The position numbers and the translations under genes are program-made. Source: an uncultured Gemmatimonadales bacterium (GTDB taxonomy: Bacteria > Gemmatimonadota > Gemmatimonadetes > Gemmatimonadales > Gemmatimonadaceae). From it: a stretch of DNA of 64,000 nucleotides. Under the pieces are notes generated by a model, which did no database searches, was not told the origin of the DNA, and was given only the letters and a program-made list of their open reading frames with translations. Positions within the stretch are counted from its first letter, which is position 1. The number at the start of each line of letters is the position of its first letter. Positions 1 to 10,300 of this stretch are shown here, one piece after another. The DNA lies in assembly GCA_963850905.1 (NCBI GenBank), contig CAWKMU010000003.1, positions 1,248,001-1,312,000 of the forward strand, in the 5' to 3' direction.

Positions 1-2
1 AG

Positions 3-1106
3 CCACTCGAGCTATGGACGTCGCCGCCCTTCGAGCCTACGGTGCGTGACGGAAAAATTTTTGCGCGAGGTTCGGTAGACGACAAGGGCCAGCTGTATCT
101 GCACGTCAAAGCGCTCGAGGCCCATCTGCGCGTCCGCCGGCGCTTGCCCGTGAACGTCATCCTGGTCGCGGAAGGCGAGGAGGAGGTGGGGAGCGACCAC
201 CTCGGGGACTTCGTACGCTCGCATCGCGAACGACTCCGCTGCGATGCGGTGGTCATCTCGGACTCATCGATGTTTGCGCCCGGGCAACCTTCCATTCTTT
301 CGTCACTGCGCGGCTTGACGTATTTCCAGATCGATGTCGACGGACCCGCGCGCGACCTGCACTCGGGCATCTACGGGGGCGCCGTCGTCAACCCGGCAAC
401 GGCGCTGGCCCGGATCATCGCGACGTTTCACGACGCGAATGGCCGGGTCGCAGTCCCCGGATTCTACGATGCCGTTCGCGACTGGCCGGCCGACGTGCGC
501 GAGCGCATGCGCGCGCTGCCATTCGAGGACGCGACAATGCTGGAGGAGGTCGGCGCCCCCGCGCTGGGCGGCGAGCCGGGTTACACGGTGCTCGAGCGCG
601 TGTGGACGCGGCCGACATGTGAGATCAACGGATTGCTCAGCGGGTATACCGGTGAGGGTGCCAAGACCGTGCTGCCTTCACATGCGATGGCCAAGGTCAG
701 TTGTCGGCTGGTGCCCGACCAAGAGCCCTCGACCATCGAGCGCATCATGCAGGCGCATGTCGAACGCGTTGCGCCGCCCGGCGTCCGCGTTCGAGTGACT
801 CACCTGCACGGTGGCCGTCCGTGGCGTGCGGATCTGCACGGAGCACTCTACGACGCCGCTGCGCAGGCGCTCGAGGCCGCGTTCCGGCGCGCGCCAGTGA
901 TTGTCGGGGAAGGGGGCTCGATTCCCGTCGTCGACGATTTTGCCACCACGCTCGAGGCTCCGGTCCTTCTCATGGGATTCGGCCTGCCCGGCGAAAACGC
1001 GCACGCACCCGACGAATGGATGAGCGCGGAGAACTTTGATCTGGGTATGCGCGCCGTTGCGACATTGTGGGATAGGCTGGGAACGGCGTCTGGGTTGAAA
1101 AACTAG
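3..1106 (+). CDS. M20/M25/M40 family dipeptidase, 5'-truncated by window edge
   Basis: Frame open from base 3 (PLELWTSPPFEPTVRDG); motifs RGSVDDKGQ, EGEEEVGS, DLHSGIYGG, GGSIP, ENAHAPDE. Confidence 0.9.
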   Translation, partial: PLELWTSPPFEPTVRDGKIFARGSVDDKGQLYLHVKALEAHLRVRRRLPVNVILVAEGEEEVGSDHLGDFVRSHRERLRCDAVVISDSSMFAPGQPSILSSLRGLTYFQIDVDGPARDLHSGIYGGAVVNPATALARIIATFHDANGRVAVPGFYDAVRDWPADVRERMRALPFEDATMLEEVGAPALGGEPGYTVLERVWTRPTCEINGLLSGYTGEGAKTVLPSHAMAKVSCRLVPDQEPSTIERIMQAHVERVAPPGVRVRVTHLHGGRPWRADLHGALYDAAAQALEAAFRRAPVIVGEGGSIPVVDDFATTLEAPVLLMGFGLPGENAHAPDEWMSAENFDLGMRAVATLWDRLGTASGLKN

Positions 1107-1109
1107 GGC

Positions 1110-1216
1110 CGGGTTCCGGGGTCCGGGTTCCGGGTAACACCAAGGGCCAGGCGCGTTTCGGCGCTCCAGGCCCTGCTTGTTGTTCCCGGATCCCGGAACC
1201 CGGAACCCGTTACCCC
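1110..1216. repeat. Heptamer-armed palindrome (CGGGTTC-type / GAACCCG-type arms) with AGGGCC..GGCCCT core
   Basis: cgggttc cggggtc cgggttc cgggtaac ... gttcccg gatcccg gaacccg gaacccg ttacccc. Confidence 0.8.
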
Positions 1217-1280
1217 GCTTTTGTTGCCCAATACTTGCTGAGCCTCCCCATTACTTTACCCATCCCCTCCGCCGGAGGTT

Positions 1281-2642
1281 GTGGTGTCGACGACAGCCGC
1301 ACGCGCCTCCGGGCGTCCCGCTGTGGACATCCCAGGCAATCGCACGGCACAAGACCTGGCCGACCTGCTCACCGAGGTCCGGCAGCGCACGATCCAACTC
1401 GTCGCCCCGTTGGCGGGGGACGATGCCGTCGCTCAGCACGATCCGCTGATGAGCCCGGTCGTTTGGGACCTGGGGCACATCGGTCGCTTCGAAGAGCTCT
1501 GGCTATTGCGGCATCTCGAGGGCCCGTTCGAGAGCGCTGCACCGCTCTCGGAGATGCCCGGCACATTCAATCCATTCGAACATCCGCGACGTACGCGTGG
1601 GGCGCTCGCGCTGCCCGACCTCCATGCGGCGTTGGACATGCTGGCGGACATCCGGCAGCAGGTGATCGACCGCCTGGCTCACATCGAGCTCGGACATGAT
1701 GCGCCACCGTTGACGCGCGACGGCTACGTCTACCGCATGGTCGCACAACACGAAGCGCAGCACGTCGAGACGATCCTGCAGACCTTGCAGCTCAAGCGCG
1801 GTGAGCCCTATCACCCGGTACATCGCGCGAGCGTGCCCCGGGGGCGACGAATCGATACGAACATGGTTCGGTTTCCTGGCGGCCGGGTCCGCGTCGGCAC
1901 GGACGATCGGCGTGCCGCCTACGACAATGAGCGGCCGAGCCACGACGTCGACGTCGCCGCCTTTGACGTTGATGCCACTCCCGTCACGAACGGCGCCTAC
2001 CTCGAATTCATGGCAGCCGGCGGCTACAGCGACGAGCGGTGGTGGTTGCCCGACGGCCGTGCGTGGTTGCAAGAATCCGGCGCTGGCGCACCAAAGTATT
2101 GGTACCGCGCCCACGGCGACTGGTGGACGCGATCCATGGACCAGAGCGCGCCGGTCGACCCGCTGCATCCGGTCGTGCACGTCTGCTACTACGAGGCCGA
2201 CGCGTTCGCCAGATGGTCGGGCAAACGCTTGCCGACAGAGCTCGAATGGGAGGCCGCGGCAACGTGGGACCCCCGTACCCGCACGCAGCATCCGTGGCCA
2301 TGGGGTCGCACGCCGCTCGGTCCCGCGATTGCCAATGTCGATCAGGTGATGTTCGGGACAGCACCCGTCGGCGCATATCCACAGAATGTCTCCCCGATCG
2401 GATGTTACGGCATGATCGGTGACGTGTGGGAGTGGACATCGAGCGATTTCGGTCCGTACCCGCGGTACGTAACGTTTCCCTATCGGGAGTATTCCGAGGC
2501 GTTCTTCGGCTCGGAGTACAAAGTGCTGCGTGGCGGTTCCTGGGCGACGAGCGCGATTGTCGGACGGAGCACCTTCCGCAACTGGGACTACCCGATCCGG
2601 CGGCAGATCTTCAGCGGATTTCGGTGCGTGCGTGATGCTTGA
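1281..2642 (+). CDS. egtB: Ergothioneine biosynthesis sulfoxide synthase EgtB (DinB + FGE-like), type I-like
   Basis: WDLGHIGRFEE, QHEAQHVET metal ligands, RRTR, YREYSEAFF, FRNWDYPIRRQIFSGFR; adjacent to egtD; start could be GTG 1323. Confidence 0.92.
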   Translation: MVSTTAARASGRPAVDIPGNRTAQDLADLLTEVRQRTIQLVAPLAGDDAVAQHDPLMSPVVWDLGHIGRFEELWLLRHLEGPFESAAPLSEMPGTFNPFEHPRRTRGALALPDLHAALDMLADIRQQVIDRLAHIELGHDAPPLTRDGYVYRMVAQHEAQHVETILQTLQLKRGEPYHPVHRASVPRGRRIDTNMVRFPGGRVRVGTDDRRAAYDNERPSHDVDVAAFDVDATPVTNGAYLEFMAAGGYSDERWWLPDGRAWLQESGAGAPKYWYRAHGDWWTRSMDQSAPVDPLHPVVHVCYYEADAFARWSGKRLPTELEWEAAATWDPRTRTQHPWPWGRTPLGPAIANVDQVMFGTAPVGAYPQNVSPIGCYGMIGDVWEWTSSDFGPYPRYVTFPYREYSEAFFGSEYKVLRGGSWATSAIVGRSTFRNWDYPIRRQIFSGFRCVRDA

Positions 2643-3630
2643 TGTCCGAGAGGGTCACTGGCATGCCCCGCGCCCGATGCGTCAGGGCAGTCTGGCGATG
2701 CTGGTCGATGTGCAGCGCGGACTCTTCGACACGGGCCCCGACGGCCAGCGTGAGCTGCCGCCCAAGTATTTCTATGATCATCGCGGCTCGACGCTGTTCG
2801 AGGAGATCACTCGCCTGCCGGAGTATTACCTCACGCGGACTGAGCGCGCATTGCTGCGTGCACGGATGCCGGTGTGGATGGCGGAGATTCAGCCACGCGC
2901 GCTCGTCGAGCTTGGCGCCGGCAGCGCAGACAAGACCCGGACGATTCTCGATGCCATGCAGCGGGTGCAACCGGCGATCGTGTACGTGCCCGTCGACGTC
3001 AGCGTCACCTTCCTCGATGAAACGACGGCCCGATTACGGCGCCAGTACCCCGGCATCGAGATCCGACCTCTGGTCGCGGACTTCGCCGCCGCGCGCCGGC
3101 TGCCGCTCGCAGTCCCCCACCCCGTGTTGACCGCCTTTCTCGGGAGCACGATCGGCAATCTCGAGGATAGCGATGCTGTCAGTGTCCTGGGTGCGCTTCG
3201 CGACGGCATGCACCCCGACGATCGTTTGCTGCTCGGTGCCGACCTGGTGAAAGATCCGGCCGTCATCGAGGCGGCATACAACGATCGCCTCGGCGTGACC
3301 GCCGCGTTCAATCGGAACATGCTTCTCGTCCTGAACGCAGAGCTGGGCGCAGACTTCGACCCCTCGGCGTTCGCGCATCGGGCGTTCTTCAACGCAGGAG
3401 CCGGCCGTATCGAGATGCATCTGGTCGCGACTGCGGACCAGCGGGTTCACATTCCAAGCCTTGGCGCGACGACGATCCCGCGCGGCGAATCCATCCGCAC
3501 GGAGATCAGCAACAAGTACACGCGAGACCGCGTGACCGCGCTCCTGGCCGATGCAGGTCTCGACATCAGGGTGTGGGACACGGACGATGCGGGCGGGTAT
3601 GCGCTCCTGCTCGCGGGGCCTCGCGACTGA
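2635..3630 (+). CDS. egtD: L-histidine N-alpha-trimethyltransferase EgtD
   Basis: ELPPKYFYD..LFEEITRLPEYYLTRTE, ELGAGS, FLGSTIGN, AYND, RIEMHL, RTEISNK; ATG 2635 overlaps egtB end. Confidence 0.93.
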   Translation: MLDVREGHWHAPRPMRQGSLAMLVDVQRGLFDTGPDGQRELPPKYFYDHRGSTLFEEITRLPEYYLTRTERALLRARMPVWMAEIQPRALVELGAGSADKTRTILDAMQRVQPAIVYVPVDVSVTFLDETTARLRRQYPGIEIRPLVADFAAARRLPLAVPHPVLTAFLGSTIGNLEDSDAVSVLGALRDGMHPDDRLLLGADLVKDPAVIEAAYNDRLGVTAAFNRNMLLVLNAELGADFDPSAFAHRAFFNAGAGRIEMHLVATADQRVHIPSLGATTIPRGESIRTEISNKYTRDRVTALLADAGLDIRVWDTDDAGGYALLLAGPRD

Positions 3631-3632
3631 GG

Positions 3633-4974
3633 ATGCGTCCCAAGCCGACGCGCACCCCGTCCGCCAACCGGTGCCGCGCGCTGTTCGCGCCCGGCGACCC
3701 GGGTGTGCGAGAGCAGATCGGGCTCGAGCTCGAGTTCATCCCGGTCGATGCGGTCACGCGGCGCCGGTGCCCGATCGACGAACCCGCAGCAGGCGATGGC
3801 GAACGGCCACGCGCGACGCTCCCGATCTTGCGCGAAACCGCTGCTGCCGAGGGATGGTCGGAGCGCCCGTCTCCGTACGGCGCGCCGGTGTTCGTCGCGC
3901 CGGACGGTGCCGTCATCAGCTACGAACCCGGGGGACAGATCGAATACAGCGCCGCCCCGGCGACGGCGATCTCCACCGTCCTGGCGCGAATGGAGACCAC
4001 GGCGGCAACGCTCGCCGCGAGAGCCGAGCGCGCCGGCATCGAGTTATTGATCACCGGGATCGACCCTTACAACCCGATCGACATGGTGCCGCTCGAGCTG
4101 CGTGGCGAGCGCTACACCTCGATGGATCGGTATTTTGCGGCGATCGGTTCGGCAGGGGCCTGTATGATGCGCCAGACAGCGGCGTGTCAAATTACCCTCG
4201 ACGCGGGCCCGCATCCGGTGGCCCGTTGGCGGTTGCTCAGTGCGGTGGCCCCGTATGTGACGGCGCTGTTCGCCAACTCGCCGCGATACGCTGGCGCGTT
4301 GACGGGATGCGCGAGCACGCGCGCGCACGTCTGGCGACACGTCGACCCCGCGCGCACCGGATTGCCCGGCGCGGCGGCGGATGACCCGGCGGCCGCATAC
4401 GAGGCGTTCGCGCTCGCCGCACCAGGCATCTCTGCGTCGGGCGAAAGACGGCGAATACAAGTCCTTCGAGACCTTATTGGCGGACGGAGATGCGACAGAA
4501 GCCGACTGGGGCCCGCACTTGACGACGTTGTTCCCGGAGGTGCGTCCGCGCCGCATGGGAGGGGTCGCGACGTTCGAATTGCGGTCGGCGGACGCGGTGC
4601 CGCTCGAATGGTGCGCGGCCTTCGCTGTTTTCGTTGTCGGGCTCACGCGCGACCGCGCGGCCGCCGCGGAGGCATCCGCCCTCCTCGGTGCGCCCCACAC
4701 GACGCTGCTCGCGCGGGCGGCACAATTCGGTCTGGCCGATCCGGCGATCCGTCGCACGGCTGCCGAGCTGTATCTATTGGGGCTCGAAGGGGCGATCCGG
4801 CTCGGCGATCACGTCGTCGGCGGCCGCGAGCGCGAGCGGGCGGAGGATTTTGGGCGCCGCCACGTGCTGACCGGCTGCGCCCTCGACACGGACGCGGGCA
4901 TCGGTTTCGGCCGCGGCACGCGGCGATCCACGACAACGAGACACAGCGAGACAAAGGCCACTGCAACCGGCTGA
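3633..4974 (+). CDS. egtA: Glutamate-cysteine ligase (GCS2, EgtA-like), split by +1 frameshift near 4431
   Basis: GLELE, SYEPGGQIEYS, MMRQTAACQ, LFANSP in frame of ORF 3573; HLTTLFPEVRPR and ELRSADA continue in ORF 4381..4974. Confidence 0.85.
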
Positions 4975-4978
4975 ACAG

Positions 4979-5707
4979 GTGGCGGCGCTCAGCGCCGTCG
5001 GGGTCTCGAAACGGTACGGGACGGTGCAGGCGCTGGATCACGTGACGCTCGACGTGGCACACGGCGAGTGCCTGGCACTCATCGGCGAGAGCGGGTCCGG
5101 CAAGACAACCCTCTTGCGAATGTTCAACCGGATGGCGGAGCCCGACGCGGGCACCATTCTGGTGGACGGTCGCGCAGCGCAGGACACAGACGCGGTCAGG
5201 CTGCGACGACAGATGGGATATGTCCCGCAGGATGGTGGGCTATTGCCGCACTGGCGTGTGCGTCGCAATGTCGCACTCGTGCCATCGCTCCTCGGGATGC
5301 CAGATCCCGAGCGTGAGGCCGACGCCGCGCTAGACCTCGTGGGGCTCGAGCCTGCGATGTTCGCGGATCGCTGGCCGCGGGCTCTTTCCGGGGGCCAGCG
5401 CCAGCGCGTGGCCATTGCACGGGCGCTCGCTGCTCATCCGACGGTCATGCTGCTCGACGAGCCGTTCAGTGCGCTCGATGCCATCACACGGGTCGAGCTC
5501 CAGACGTCGTTTCGCGAACTGCGCCGACAAGTCGCCATGACTGCGCTGCTCGTCACGCACGATGTGCGGGAGGCACTGGCGCTGGGCGACCGCGTGGCGG
5601 TGCTGCGACAGGGACGCCTCGAGCAGATCGGCGCACCAGCGACGCTCCACTCGCAGCCCGCCACCCCATACGTCGCAGCGCTCCTCGCGCAGGGATCCAA
5701 CCATTGA
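4979..5707 (+). CDS. ABC transporter ATP-binding subunit, OpuA/ProV/EgtV type, no CBS domains
   Basis: GESGSGKTT, LSGGQRQR, LLDEPF, VTHD; LRRQMGYVPQDGGLLPH. Confidence 0.92.
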   Translation: MAALSAVGVSKRYGTVQALDHVTLDVAHGECLALIGESGSGKTTLLRMFNRMAEPDAGTILVDGRAAQDTDAVRLRRQMGYVPQDGGLLPHWRVRRNVALVPSLLGMPDPEREADAALDLVGLEPAMFADRWPRALSGGQRQRVAIARALAAHPTVMLLDEPFSALDAITRVELQTSFRELRRQVAMTALLVTHDVREALALGDRVAVLRQGRLEQIGAPATLHSQPATPYVAALLAQGSNH

Positions 5708-7347
5708 TCGCGGGAGGAATCCGGCGGCGCACGCGCACCCTGCCGATCTCCCTGGCGGTCGTGGGTGGGGCTGCTGCGGCGAGTGCGGGGATGCATGCTG
5801 CGGCGGCCGGACCCGCGATCGATCAGCGGGCCACGAACGCACCGATCGTGGTGGCGTCAAAGCCATTTGCCGAATCGTACATCCTGGCCGAGATGTTCGC
5901 GCAGCTGCTGTCCGCTCATGGCCGACGGGTGGAACTGCGGCTCGGCCTGGGCGGGACGGATATCGCGTACGCGGCCCTTCGTCGCGGGGCGATCGATGTG
6001 TACCCGGAGTATACGGGCACCGGGCTCGTCGTCGTCCTGGGACTGCCACCTGCGCACGACCCGACGACAGTTTTTGCCACAGTCGCGCGCGAGACCGCCG
6101 CGCGCGACAGCGTGCGATGGCTGCCGCCACTGGGCTTCGAGAACACATACGCGATCGCGGTCCGGCGCACGCTAGCGGACTCGCTGGGACTGGCCACCCT
6201 CACCGATCTGGCGCGTGTCGGCGGATCCCTCCGTGCCGGCCTGACCGCCGACTTCATCGGACGTCCCGATGGACTTCCGGGACTCACCGCTGCCTACGGC
6301 ATCCATTTTCGGAGCGTTCGCGCGCTCCTTCCGGCCGTCAAGTATCAGGCGATCGCCGCTGGCGCCGTCGACGTCATCGACGGGTACTCCACGGATGGCC
6401 TCATCGCGCGGTACGATCTCGTCGTTCTGCAGGACGATCACCGCTTCTACCCGCCCTACCAGGCCGCGGCAGTGATCAGCCGACGACTCCAGCGCGACGA
6501 TCCCGCCGCCGCACTCGTGCTGACAGAGCTCAGCGGTCGCATTGACGACGCCTACATGCGCCGGCTCAATGAGCGGGTCGAGGTGACGGGCATCGACGCG
6601 GCCACGGTCGCGCGTGACGCGTTGGTGGCGCTCGCGCTCGTCGGACCGGAAGGCGCGGCCCCCCACGCCGGTCCGGGAGCGCCTGCGGAGTCGGCTCGGA
6701 CGGGCACGCGACTCTCGCTCCTCGCCTATCTCCGCACGCAGCGGGGCGTCATTGCGGCGAGCACCGGTCGACACATACTCCTCGTCGTCGCCTCGTTGGT
6801 GGCCGCACTGCTCGTAGCCCTGCCGCTGGGCGTAGCCCTGACGATCATCCCGCGCCATGCGGAAGGCGTGATTCGCGCGGTCGGCCTGCTCGAGACGATC
6901 CCCAGCATCGCACTACTGGCGTTCATGATTCCCATTCTCGGCATCGGCGTGGTGCCGGCCCTAGTCGCGCTCTTTCTGTATTCGCTGTACCCGATCGTCC
7001 GCAACACGTACACTGGCGTACGCGACGCCGACCCCTCGACCGTCAATGCCGCGCAGGCGCTGGGCATGACCTCCCGTCAGCTGCTCACCGACGTCCGCTT
7101 GCCGCTCGCGACGCCGGTGATCATGGCCGGCGTTCGCACGGCGGCCGTGCTGGACGTGGGCACGGCAACACTCGCCGCGTTCATTGGCGCGGGGGGACTG
7201 GGCGACCTGATCATCACCGGTCTGGCATTGTCCGACACGCGCATGATTCTCATGGGCGCCGTGCCGGCAGCGCTGCTAGCGCTGAGCGTGGACGCGCTGC
7301 TGGGTGGGGCGGAGCGGTGGGCGGCGAGGCGCTGGGGACGCGCCTAG
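5704..7347 (+). CDS. Fused betaine-family substrate-binding domain + ABC permease
   Basis: SKPFAESYILAE, IDVYPEYTGT, GFENTYAIAV, YSTDG, FYPPY then TIPSIALL, AQALGMT, GAGGLG; overlaps ATPase stop. Confidence 0.9.
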   Translation: MIAGGIRRRTRTLPISLAVVGGAAAASAGMHAAAAGPAIDQRATNAPIVVASKPFAESYILAEMFAQLLSAHGRRVELRLGLGGTDIAYAALRRGAIDVYPEYTGTGLVVVLGLPPAHDPTTVFATVARETAARDSVRWLPPLGFENTYAIAVRRTLADSLGLATLTDLARVGGSLRAGLTADFIGRPDGLPGLTAAYGIHFRSVRALLPAVKYQAIAAGAVDVIDGYSTDGLIARYDLVVLQDDHRFYPPYQAAAVISRRLQRDDPAAALVLTELSGRIDDAYMRRLNERVEVTGIDAATVARDALVALALVGPEGAAPHAGPGAPAESARTGTRLSLLAYLRTQRGVIAASTGRHILLVVASLVAALLVALPLGVALTIIPRHAEGVIRAVGLLETIPSIALLAFMIPILGIGVVPALVALFLYSLYPIVRNTYTGVRDADPSTVNAAQALGMTSRQLLTDVRLPLATPVIMAGVRTAAVLDVGTATLAAFIGAGGLGDLIITGLALSDTRMILMGAVPAALLALSVDALLGGAERWAARRWGRA

Positions 7348-10300
7348 AATTTCCACGTTTTCGTGAAAGTCAAGCCAAGCACACCAGTCAGCGGCGTATC
7401 CTGGTCGGTAGCGAGCGTTGGCTGGCCGAGTAGATACAGTGGCTGGCCGCTGAGCTCCATGCTCAGACTCGGCGTGATCCGGTGGATCACCGCCGCTCCC
7501 GGTGCCACACTCGCTTGCAGCGATACGAACGTTCGCGGGGTCAGATACTTACCGAACTCGAGCTGCGTGTTCTGGAAGAACGTCTGAACGGCGTTGTTTT
7601 TGTTTTGTGCGATGTCGACGTAATTGTTGCCGACGACGATGTCGAACACATCGGCGTTGATCGCGCGAGCCACGTCTCCTTTGACCTGGTTCAGGAGCAC
7701 AGCGACCGCCTGCGCAGCGAGCTGGTTTTCGACGAACACGCCGGCGGTGCCGAGCGCGCCACCACTGGATGCGCTCGTCAGGCTCGAGCTCTGACTCGCC
7801 TGTGCGATGCCGTTTGACGAACTGCCGAAGGCCAGATACCTCAGGAGATCGCTCTGCGACAGCGGCGGCTGTTTGTTACTCGACAGGGCGAGGCGCAACG
7901 AGTCGACGTTCCCGGAGATGGTGACAATGATGGCGAGGGCTTCGGTGCCGGGCACCGGCACGGTGTACTGTGCGTTTGCGCTCACGGTGGGGTTGATGCT
8001 GGTCGAGCCGATGAACGTGGCAACGCCCTTGGTCAGAGTGAAGCGCTTCCCGAGGAAGCGGTACTCGCCGACATCGCTGCTGATGGTGCCGTTTATTACG
8101 AGCGCCTCGTGCTCGTGGTCGACGTGAAGGGTCAACGGTTCGTCCGTGTAGGCTCCCACGTTGGCGTCTTCGTTGCGCACCCAGGTCCCGCGGGAGACCG
8201 AGAACTCGACATCCATCAGGAGCCGCGAGAAGAGCGAGCCAGAGGCGGGCAGGAGTTGGCGGACGGCCGGGTGGGTCGTGTCGACCACATGATACACGAC
8301 TGGCTGGCTCAGATCGACGAGATCTTTGCCGGTCGAATGGGGCGAGGTAGAAGACGCCGCCGAGTATCGTCGTCGAGCCATAAATGTAGGGTGACTTGGT
8401 CGGACCGGCTACCGTCAGCTCGGCATCGACATCGATGCGCCCACGATCACGGTTGTCGAGCACGCGCAGGTCGTTGGCCGCCAGCTCCACATTCACGACG
8501 GGTACCGCGGGCTCACTGCGATCGAGGGTCCCTGATAGGCGGAACGTTCCGCCTGTCGCAGGTGTCCTCGCGGTCAGCGAGTCGATGACGACGGAGTCAC
8601 GGGTCAATCGGAGATTCGCGTCGACGGCATTGACCGCCATGCCGGTCGCGGTCACCCTGGCAGCGCCATCGACAATGGTGAGCGTGCCGAATGGTGTTGG
8701 GTTGCTGGTCGTTCCCTCGAGCGTGATGTGGCCGCTCACGTGCCCAGCGAGGTGCGTCACGTCGGTCTCGAACTGCGATGCCACGTCGAGTGGCAAACTG
8801 TCCATTTTCAATTCGCCGCTCAACGGCCGGTCGAGCAGTCGCGACCCGGTGGCGTTGCTGGCGAGGTTGATGGGGACAGTCGCGTCCATGATGGCGAAGG
8901 GCGCAGCCGGAGCGCCTTTGGGCGCCAACTCAACGTGCGTGACCAACGTCGCCGTGTCGTACGTGTACTCGGTGAACACGTTGGGCATTGGGACATTGCG
9001 CACGGAGGCACTCGAGAGCGAGGCGGTGCCACGAAACTGCGGGTTCTCCAAAGTGCCGGTGATATCAGCATCGATCGATGCCTCACCATCGAGCGGTTGG
9101 GCGAGCTGCGCGAGGGACGCCAAGTTACCGGCATGGACCCGCGTCAACTGGATGGAAAGGTGTCCGGACGTGTCCCCTTGGATCGGAAGCGTGCCGTCAA
9201 TGGCAATGTGCCCGGTGCGGTCGTCGGTCAACTCGACCTGCTGTACGACGAGTCCGGTCGTGCTCCAGGTGATCGATCCGGGATGCGGCGCGTGCCAGAG
9301 CGTCGTATCGAATTGGAGCGAGAGGGTGTCGTACTGCAGGTGCTTCTCGGTTGGGGTAATGCGGAACTGTCCCTGCAGGCTGTATCGGTGTGAGGAATCT
9401 TGGCGGACGATGACACGTGCCGTGCCTTCCGGTTGTTGATACGTGATCCGCGTGTTCATGCTGTCGAGCGAGAAGCCGCCAAGGATCGCGGAGTCGAGGC
9501 CGACGGTCACAGCGACCGGCGCCGATTGGCTCGGTCCCCCGATCCATTGGTACAAGAGCCGCGCGTGCCGAGTCTCGTTCCCCATGGCGATGACGGAATC
9601 GGCAGCCAATGAGCCGTGCAGGTCAAACCTCTGGACGTTGCCGGTCACGGTGCCGGTTGCAATCACGCGACCAGCCAGTGCGCCGCGAGCGATCCCCCGC
9701 GGTGTATCCACGACCAGTGTCGGCGCTGCTGTGCCTCGGATCGCGCGTTCGATTTCGGTCGAATCAGCGCGACGCGCAGAGTCGGCACGAGCACGCGTCG
9801 CAGCCTGCTCGAGGGCTGCGCCCCGCAGCGCCACGGTCGTGGTATCCTTAGGGAGAAAGCGTTGCCACGCGTGTAAGGAGTCGACGACGACCCGGTACCC
9901 CACGGTTCCCGATCGGCTCGAGTCGAGGCCCAGGACACCATGGAGGTCCGCGGTCGTCGCCAACGCGTGCACGTGCGCCGTATCGATGGTGAGTTGGCCA
10001 TCCCGGACGTGAGCGCGGAGCGCCATGGTATCGACGGTCACACTATCGACCTGCGATGCGCGGACGTGTGCCGTAACCGTCGCGACCATGGAGGCGGGGT
10101 GCATCCCCGTGCCCGTGGCGGTGATGGTCGCACTGAGACTCGTCGGCGGTCCGATCTTCGACACGGCGCGCGCGTCAAAGATGTGCGCGCCCAGAGTCAG
10201 ATCGTATCCCGGCACTGTGTCGCTGAGCTGGACGTGGCCGTCGAGCGTGAGCCCGCTCGAGTCTGGGGCGTTGACGATGCCGAGATGCCCGTGGACTGTG

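Noticed and set aside
1281..4974. Selenoneine or ovothiol cluster
   Set aside because: No SenB glycosyltransferase, SelD or fused C-terminal methyltransferase; EgtB motifs are type I-like.
8330..8350. Programmed frameshift in tamB
   Set aside because: No slippery heptamer seen; similar +1 indels in unrelated genes point to sequencing error.
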